Positions 1 through 5,271 of a DNA stretch of 20,723 bases are shown piece after piece (within the stretch, counting starts at the first letter, position 1; each line of letters begins with the position of its first letter). A program made the translations under genes and the position numbers. The notes below the pieces were generated by a model. That model saw only the letters and a program-made list of their open reading frames with translations. It made no database searches and was not told the origin of the DNA. Origin of the DNA: a bacterium (GTDB taxonomy: Bacteria; Zhuqueibacterota; Zhuqueibacteria; Oceanimicrobiales; Oceanimicrobiaceae); NCBI GenBank assembly GCA_046757165.1, contig JBHHXT010000078.1:1-20723 (forward strand). The letters run 5' to 3'.

Positions 1-264
1 ATGTTAATCAATTTAAGTGCGTTGAATGGCAGCGCAGGTTATGCTTTCGTTTTGGACACTCACACACTCGTGTGGTATCTCGAGGATAATCCGAAACTAT
101 CTGAGTCTTGTAAGAAGGCAATCGAAAATACAAACAACCGGATCATCATTTCGATAACCATTCTATTAGAAATCAAGTACCTCCATTCTAAGAAGCGCTT
201 CAAAACAACGCCTGACATTATTGCGGATGACACGGATCTAATGGAATGGAACGGATTGGCTTAA
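1..264 (+). pseudogene. PIN-domain (VapC-like) ribonuclease toxin, C-terminally truncated
   Basis: Has the PIN N-terminal signature VLDTHTLVWYL, then PKLS...IISITILLEI. Similarity stops after KKRFK. The last ~14 codons (IADDTDLMEWNGLA) read through a palindromic repeat element starting at 223. It is too short for a full PIN domain, and the true start is uncertain at the window edge. Confidence 0.65.
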
Positions 265-353
265 TTAATTAACCTGATTCCCTAGTTTTCATCCAAGATT
301 CAAATCCGCTTAAATCCGTGTCATCCGCTAAATCCGAGTTCCATTCATTTGCA
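223..353. repeat. Palindromic CGGAT/ATCCG short-period intergenic element
   Basis: Perfect 15-bp inverted repeat GCGGATGACACGGAT (223-237) / ATCCGTGTCATCCGC (314-328). Bases 330-353 are the reverse complement of 11898-11921 with one mismatch in 24 nt. Confidence 0.85.
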
Positions 354-368
354 TGGATTCCAAAAAAC

Positions 369-397
369 TTGAATTCTTTGTCATGATTGTGCATATT
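369..397 (+). promoter_or_regulatory. Putative sigma70-type promoter upstream of the PrsW-family gene
   Basis: TTGAAT (369-374) - 17 nt - CATATT (392-397). Confidence 0.35.
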
Positions 398-423
398 GGT
401 TCATGGTAGGCAGTGTTGATCTC

Positions 424-588
424 CTAACCCGGACGAGCCGGAACCAGACAGGAAACCAGCGAATTAGCGCTAATGGACGCGAATAGAATCAAGATAATAT
501 CGGCGTTTATTCGTGTTCCTTAGCGGTTGTCAACCCTGTGCAGTAAAGTCTTGGCAAAAAACGTCAAGACGTTACAACTCAGCGCCTA
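424..588 (+). repeat. MITE-like element with head, internal palindromic repeats and tail
   Basis: Head CTAACCCGGACGAGCCGGAACCA. Internal ~10-nt-period arms (GCGAAT/GCTAAT/GCGAAT versus ATTCGTG...TTAGCGG). Tail AAAGTCTTGGCAAAAAACGTCAAGACGTTACAACTCAGCGCCTA. Head and tail recur elsewhere in the window. Flanked by a CCTAA direct repeat (423-427, 585-589). Confidence 0.65.
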
Positions 589-616
589 ATAACCTAAATT
601 CCCCCGCGGGGAAACG

Positions 617-1621
617 ATGCATGATCTGAGCAGAATTTTTCTCAGCCTCCTGCCGGTGTTTGCTTTTCTGGCCGGGTTGATCGTTCTGGATAGTTATAAA
701 CTGGTGAAGTTGCGTTCTGTTTTGGCTGTCATCGCACTCGGGCTGCCGGTGGCGTTGTTTTCCATGCTGGTTAACAGTTCCCTGTTGAACGTCGCTTCGA
801 TTGACCTCACCACGTATTCCAGATATGTGGCGCCGGTTGTTGAAGAATTGCTGAAAGCAATCTGCGTCATCTATTTGATAAAAACCAAAAAAGTAGGGTT
901 TCTGGTGGATGCGGCCATCTATGGCTTCGCCATTGGCGCAGGCTTCGCGCTGGTCGAGAATGTTTATTATCTGTCCACCCTGGAGAGCACAAATCTTCAA
1001 CTGTGGGTTATCCGGGGGTTCGGAACCGCGGTCATGCACGGCGGCACCACGGCCCTGTTCGGCATCATTTCCAAGAACCTGGTGGAGCGCAAATCTTCGC
1101 AGGGCATGCAGTATTTCTTGCCCGCCCTGGCCTTTGCAATCCTGACCCATTCGGCCTTCAATCATTTTGTGCTCCCGCCGCTATTGACCACACTCAGCTT
1201 GCTCGTCTTCCTCCCTCTGCTGATCGTCGTCGTGTTTGAGAAGAGTGAAAAAGCCACGCGCAAGTGGCTGGGCGTGGGGTTTGACACCGATATGGAGCTT
1301 CTGGAGATCATCACCCGGGGCAAGATCTCGGAAACCCGAATTGGCCAGTATCTGGAATCGATGAAGAGCAGTTTCCCGGGGGAGGTGGTCGCCGACATGC
1401 TATGCCTCTTGCGCCTCCATCTGGAGTTAGCGATTCGGGCCAAAGGCATCCTGATGATGAAAAGTACCGGTTTCGAGGTCACGCCCGACCCCGAAATCAA
1501 GGAAAAGTTTCAGGAATTGCGCTATTTGGAGAACACCATCGGCAAAACCGGCAAACTGGCGATTCTGCCATTTTTGCACACCTCCGCCCGCGATCTCTGG
1601 CAACTGTACTTTTTAGATTGA
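617..1621 (+). CDS. prsW: PrsW-family intramembrane glutamic protease with a C-terminal soluble extension
   Basis: Multi-pass hydrophobic protein with the PrsW motifs EExxK (VVEELLK), FxxxEN (GAGFALVEN), a conserved H (VMHG) and HxxxN (THSAFN). About 120 aa of hydrophilic tail follows the last TM segment. Confidence 0.88.
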   Translation: MHDLSRIFLSLLPVFAFLAGLIVLDSYKLVKLRSVLAVIALGLPVALFSMLVNSSLLNVASIDLTTYSRYVAPVVEELLKAICVIYLIKTKKVGFLVDAAIYGFAIGAGFALVENVYYLSTLESTNLQLWVIRGFGTAVMHGGTTALFGIISKNLVERKSSQGMQYFLPALAFAILTHSAFNHFVLPPLLTTLSLLVFLPLLIVVVFEKSEKATRKWLGVGFDTDMELLEIITRGKISETRIGQYLESMKSSFPGEVVADMLCLLRLHLELAIRAKGILMMKSTGFEVTPDPEIKEKFQELRYLENTIGKTGKLAILPFLHTSARDLWQLYFLD

Positions 1622-1680
1622 TCGTGAAACAAATATTACGTACTTTTGATTCACCGCACCATATACAAGCCGACATTGTG

Positions 1681-1815
1681 TTTTTTGGGCAAGGTTTGCG
1701 CGACATATTTGGCCACGGATTTACACTGATAAAACACAGATTTCAAGAGACAAGGTATTTGGAACGAATCCGTGGCCCAATGAATTATTTGGTTGCGGCA
1801 GAAGGCCCCTCCCAG
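1681..1815 (-). repeat. Second copy of the head/palindrome/tail element, reverse orientation
   Basis: On the minus strand the head is GCCGCAACCAA (+ strand TTGGTTGCGGC, ~1789-1799) and the tail is AAACCTTGCCCAAAAAA. Perfect 11-bp inverted repeat GGCCACGGATT (1711-1721) / AATCCGTGGCC (1767-1777). Confidence 0.65.
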
Positions 1816-1870
1816 ATTTTCTTTGTTTCCGGCAAGAGAGTATCGAGCCGTGAACCCTGAATGAGTCGCT

Positions 1871-2275
1871 ATGCAAAAGAGATTCAAGAAAGCAATCACC
1901 TCCTTGGACCGAATCTTCGATTTTACCGGGGAGTTTACGCAAAAGCATAAGCTGCCGGAGTCCGTTGTTTTTTCGATCAACTTTGCCATCGAAGAGATTT
2001 TTACCAACATGGTCAAGTATGACCGGCAAACCCCACACGACATTCTCATCGTGCTCGAAAAAACAGCGCACGACGTGACCATTTCCCTGACCGACTTCGA
2101 GGTTGACAGATTCGATGTCACCACAACCGAAGACGTCGATACGACGCAGCCGGTGGCAGAACGAAAAGTCGGGGGTCTGGGTTTGCACCTGGTGAAAAGG
2201 GTCGTTGACGACGTCATCTACGAATACAAAGACAAGAACAGCAAAATCACACTGATTAAATGCTTGGAGAAATAG
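1871..2275 (+). CDS. RsbW/SpoIIAB-like anti-sigma Ser/Thr kinase (HATPase_c_2 fold)
   Basis: N-box AIEEIFTNMVKY and G2-box VGGLGLHLVK, 134 aa, directly upstream of a STAS gene. Confidence 0.85.
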   Translation: MQKRFKKAITSLDRIFDFTGEFTQKHKLPESVVFSINFAIEEIFTNMVKYDRQTPHDILIVLEKTAHDVTISLTDFEVDRFDVTTTEDVDTTQPVAERKVGGLGLHLVKRVVDDVIYEYKDKNSKITLIKCLEK

Positions 2276-2276
2276 C

Positions 2277-2561
2277 ATGTTTGATATTCGCATCAACGAG
2301 GACGGGCGTGTTATGCTGAAAGGGAGACTTGATGCTTCTCAAGCTGACAAGGCGAGAGCCGTGCTCGATACGATCGATAAATCTTGTGTCGTTGATTTCA
2401 AAGAACTGACTTATATCTCCAGTGCCGGGTTGGGGGAATTGCTGGGCTTGCAAAAGCGGCTCATGGACGCGGGAGAGGGGCTGACTCTGGTCAATTTCAA
2501 CGAGCACATCCGGGATATCTTCAGATACGCGGGATTTCATACCATCTTTGAAATGGAATAA
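2277..2561 (+). CDS. STAS-domain anti-sigma-factor antagonist (RsbV/SpoIIAA-like)
   Basis: LKGRLDA...VVDFKELTYISSAGLG motif with the phosphorylatable Ser, and a C-terminal IFRYAGF. Starts 1 nt after the kinase stop. Confidence 0.92.
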   Translation: MFDIRINEDGRVMLKGRLDASQADKARAVLDTIDKSCVVDFKELTYISSAGLGELLGLQKRLMDAGEGLTLVNFNEHIRDIFRYAGFHTIFEME

Positions 2562-2565
2562 TCCG

Positions 2566-2592
2566 CCAACTTTTTGGCGGCTAATTTGTAAT
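2566..2592 (+). promoter_or_regulatory. Putative ECF sigma promoter (autoregulatory)
   Basis: CCAAC-TTTTT-N11-TGTA, i.e. AAC-N16-TGTA. The same motif and spacing occur at 3955-3979, and it resembles the B. subtilis SigW consensus TGAAAC-N16-CGTA. It overlaps a CCGCCAA/TTGGCGG hairpin (2563-2580). Confidence 0.65.
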
Positions 2593-2610
2593 TAGGTCAG
2601 AAGCGCAATC

Positions 2611-3162
2611 ATGACTGAAGTAGATGACTATCTGGAGGTCAAGAAGTGCCTCGACGGGGATAGCAACGCCTTTGAAAATCTCATCGACAAATATCAGAAG
2701 GCCGTTTTCAATGCCGCGTTGCGTATGGTCAGGGACCTGGACGATGCGGAGGACATCACTCAGGCAGTCTTTCTGAAGGCTTACGAAAAGCTGCGGACGT
2801 TCAACCCCAAGTTCAAGTTCTATAGCTGGATCTACAGAATTGCCATCAATGAATCGCTCAATTTCATAGAAAAGCACAAGAACTTTGAGGGTCTGGATGC
2901 GGCAATGACCTCGAAGGAAAAAACACCTGAGGAACACTATGAGGATATTGAATTGAGTGAAAAAATACAGGACGCCCTGATGGGGCTCAATATCCATTAC
3001 AGGGCCGTCATTATTCTGCGACACTTCGAACAGCTATCCTACAAGGAAATGAGCTATGTGCTCGACCTGCCGGAGAAGACCGTGAAGTCAAGATTGTTTA
3101 CAGCTCGGCAGCTTTTGTCAGAAATCTTAATGAACAAAGGTATCGCGGCAAATGCTCGATGA
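2611..3162 (+). CDS. ECF-type RNA polymerase sigma-70 factor (SigW/RpoE-like)
   Basis: Region 2 (DAEDITQAVFLKAY, FYSWIYRIAIN) and region 4 HTH (LSYKEMSYVLDLPEKTVKSRLFTAR), 183 aa. Confidence 0.95.
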   Translation: MTEVDDYLEVKKCLDGDSNAFENLIDKYQKAVFNAALRMVRDLDDAEDITQAVFLKAYEKLRTFNPKFKFYSWIYRIAINESLNFIEKHKNFEGLDAAMTSKEKTPEEHYEDIELSEKIQDALMGLNIHYRAVIILRHFEQLSYKEMSYVLDLPEKTVKSRLFTARQLLSEILMNKGIAANAR

Positions 3163-3922
3163 ACAAATCAAACAGCTCGTCAATCAGGGAATCGACGGGG
3201 ATCTTTCAAAGAAGGAGCGTGCAAAGCTCGAGTCCTATCTTCTGGAAAGTCCGGAGGCGAGAAGCTATCTCAAGATGCTGCAAGAGCTCGACAGAACGCT
3301 GCGGCAGGTAAAAGCAGAGGCACCCCCACGACACCTTAAGAAAGCGATCATGAAATCTATTGGCCATCGCCAAAGGGCCGGAGAAAGAGCCTCGCCCACT
3401 CGGCGGTCGTGGCCGCGCCCGAGAATCAACTGGAGCTACGCGTTCTCCTTTTCGGCGGGAGTGGCAGCGGGAGCGCTTGTGTTCGCACTGCTGGGCACCC
3501 GGCTATCTGAAGGAAAGATGGCCAGGAGCAACCTGACAGGTACGCTGCTGCCGGCGCCGAACGCACAACCATTCGAAACCATCATCGACTTGCCAGAGAT
3601 TGCCGGCAAGGTCGGCTGGACGGCCTCACCAGATGTCGCGGTCGTGGAGCTTGCCTTAGACTCACAGGTCCCGCTTCAGGTGACGCTGGAGTTCGACACC
3701 GAAGTCCTCCTGAGCGCCTTCCGCCACCTGGGACCGGGTGCGGTTCAGGTGGACATCAGCCGGAGGAGCTTGAGCTTCATCCACAGCGGCGAGCAGATTC
3801 ATTCTTTTGCGTTCAAGCGCCACACTCCGTCCGCACCGCGGGTCAACATGAAGATTCTGGCAAACGGCCGTCTGCTCTATGAGAGACTCTTGAACACTGG
3901 CGGCAAGCCCGGGCGACCTTGA
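3152..3922 (+). CDS. Single-pass membrane anti-sigma factor (ZAS-like N-terminal domain lacking the Zn ligands)
   Basis: Overlaps the sigma stop by 11 nt. The N-terminus IDGDLSKKERAKLESYLLESPEAR resembles the zf-HC2/ASD pattern. One TM segment (AFSFSAGVAAGALVFALLG) is followed by a beta-rich extracytoplasmic domain. Confidence 0.8.
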   Translation: MLDEQIKQLVNQGIDGDLSKKERAKLESYLLESPEARSYLKMLQELDRTLRQVKAEAPPRHLKKAIMKSIGHRQRAGERASPTRRSWPRPRINWSYAFSFSAGVAAGALVFALLGTRLSEGKMARSNLTGTLLPAPNAQPFETIIDLPEIAGKVGWTASPDVAVVELALDSQVPLQVTLEFDTEVLLSAFRHLGPGAVQVDISRRSLSFIHSGEQIHSFAFKRHTPSAPRVNMKILANGRLLYERLLNTGGKPGRP

Positions 3923-3954
3923 CCCTCAGCACTTGGTCTGGAGGAAAAACCTGA

Positions 3955-3981
3955 CCAACTTTTTTTCTGCTGGTCTGTATT
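3955..3981 (+). promoter_or_regulatory. Putative ECF sigma promoter for the repeat-protein gene
   Basis: CCAAC (3955-3959) TTTTT-N11-TGTA (3976-3979), with the same spacing as 2566-2590. Confidence 0.65.
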
Positions 3982-4045
3982 TCGAAATAAAGAGAATAAA
4001 TCGAATCTAAAATTTTTGTTTCTAACCATCTTGAGGAGGTCCATT

Positions 4046-4987
4046 ATGAGTCAGCCTTCTAAATCATTGTTTGGCAGCGGCAAGAATCGGGTTCTCCTGG
4101 CCGCCGTCGTGTTAGCCGTCGTTGTGGTGGGGTATTTCGCCTATACCGGCTTTCCTCCCTCGACTGAGGATGTCAGCGGGACTATCGGCGGCGTCAAAAA
4201 AGCAGAGAAGTACCAGGTCGAGCAGATGACTGCCGATGCTGTGCTGTTGGAAAACCCAGAGCTGCAAACCTTGCTGCAAAGCGACAAATTTCAGAGTTTA
4301 TTGCAGGACGAGGGGTTTCAAAAGCTGATCGCCAACGCGCGCTTTCATGAATTGATGGCCGATGCGAAATTTCAAGAGCTGATCGCCAGCGCCAGGTTTC
4401 AAGAAATGATGGCGGATGCCCGCTTCCAGGAGCTGATGGCTGACGCTCGTTTTCAAGAGCTGCTGGCTCAGGCCCAATTCAGGGAGCTGGTTGCCAGGGC
4501 GACGTTCCGGGAGTTGTTGGCCCAGGCCCGGTTCCGGGAGCTGGTCGCGACCGCGCAGTTTCAAGAGCTGGTTGCCGATGCCCGCTTTCAGGAGCTGGTT
4601 GCGGAAGCCAGGTTCGACGAACTCAGAGCAGAGGCATCCTACAGCGAGCTGATGGCTGATGCACGTTTCGTTGAACTCATGGCCACAGCCCAATTCCAGG
4701 AGCTGATCGCCGACGCACGGTTCGTCGAGCTTCTTGCCAATGCCCGGTTTGCTGAGCTGATGGCGAACGCGAGATTTCACGAGCTGATGGCGAACGCCCG
4801 CTTCATGGAGCTGGTCGCCACAGCACGATTTCAAGAGCTGATTGCCAACGCCAGTTTCGTCGAGCTCCTCGCCAGCGCCAGGTTTCAGGAACTGATGGCG
4901 ACCGCCACCTTTCAGGAGCTGATCGCCAGCGCCAGATTCCAGGAGCTGATGGCCAACCTTCAAACCACAGCTCTGATGGCACGCTGA
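4046..4987 (+). CDS. Uncharacterised N-terminally membrane-anchored or exported protein with 25 tandem 9-aa repeats (313 aa)
   Basis: Strong RBS GAGGAGG before ATG 4046, preferred over the TTG at 4016. Basic N-terminus and hydrophobic VLLAAVVLAVVVVGYFAY, a linker, then FxELxAxAR repeats to the C-terminus. Confidence 0.9.
   Translation: MSQPSKSLFGSGKNRVLLAAVVLAVVVVGYFAYTGFPPSTEDVSGTIGGVKKAEKYQVEQMTADAVLLENPELQTLLQSDKFQSLLQDEGFQKLIANARFHELMADAKFQELIASARFQEMMADARFQELMADARFQELLAQAQFRELVARATFRELLAQARFRELVATAQFQELVADARFQELVAEARFDELRAEASYSELMADARFVELMATAQFQELIADARFVELLANARFAELMANARFHELMANARFMELVATARFQELIANASFVELLASARFQELMATATFQELIASARFQELMANLQTTALMAR
4289..4963 (+). repeat. Coding tandem repeat, 25 x 27 nt
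   Basis: Units run from FQSLLQDEG (4289) to FQELMANLQ (4937-4963) with no indels. Synonymous codons vary between units. Confidence 0.95.
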
Positions 4988-5035
4988 GGCGTGCCGGTTC
5001 GCGCACCACATCCGCGAACTGAACCTGAGCGAAAT

Positions 5036-5077
5036 AGAGGAGATTCTGACCCCAGGGCTGGAATCTCCTCTCCTTTT
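5036..5077 (+). terminator. Probable intrinsic terminator after the repeat gene
   Basis: AGAGGAGATTC (5036-5046) / GAATCTCCTCT (5061-5071) perfect 11-bp stem, followed by CCTTTT. Confidence 0.65.
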
Positions 5078-5125
5078 GATCTAGCAAGCGTCCTGGAGTT
5101 TTGTAGTGCGACGGCCCGGCCATCA

Positions 5126-5245
5126 CAGGCCGATAGGCTGTAGACTTTTAGTCTGTAGGAAGATGAGAAGAGCTGCGGTTTCGGCGTTTTGATTAGAGCA
5201 TTGCGCAAAACCTAACAGCCTAATAGCCTACAGTCTAAACGCCTG
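5126..5245. repeat. Imperfect inverted repeat built from 7-8-nt units (TAGGCTG-like / CAGCCTA-like)
   Basis: Left arm CAGGCCGATAGGCTGTAGACTTTTAGTCTGTAGG (5126-5159). Right arm CCTAACAGCCTAATAGCCTACAGTCTAAACGCCTG (5211-5245). Confidence 0.75.
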
Positions 5246-5271
5246 AATAGGCCTATCTTCGGAGGAGGGAC

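Noticed and set aside
572..2296. Minus-strand ORFs 572-1165, 1651-2217 and 1721-2296, and similar overlapping ORFs elsewhere in the track
   Set aside because: They are shadows of well-supported genes on the opposite strand or frame in GC-rich coding DNA.
4289..4963. CRISPR array or other non-coding repeat array
   Set aside because: The units are contiguous 27-mers without spacers and vary mostly at synonymous positions in an open frame. No cas genes are present.
4046..4987. Classical RiPP precursor with repeated cores
   Set aside because: No modifying enzyme (radical SAM, YcaO, LanM, ATP-grasp) is in the window. Only simple proteolytic processing remains plausible.
4298..5011. 237-aa minus-strand repetitive ORF
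   Set aside because: It is the antisense shadow of the repeat gene, which has the RBS, TM segment, promoter and terminator.
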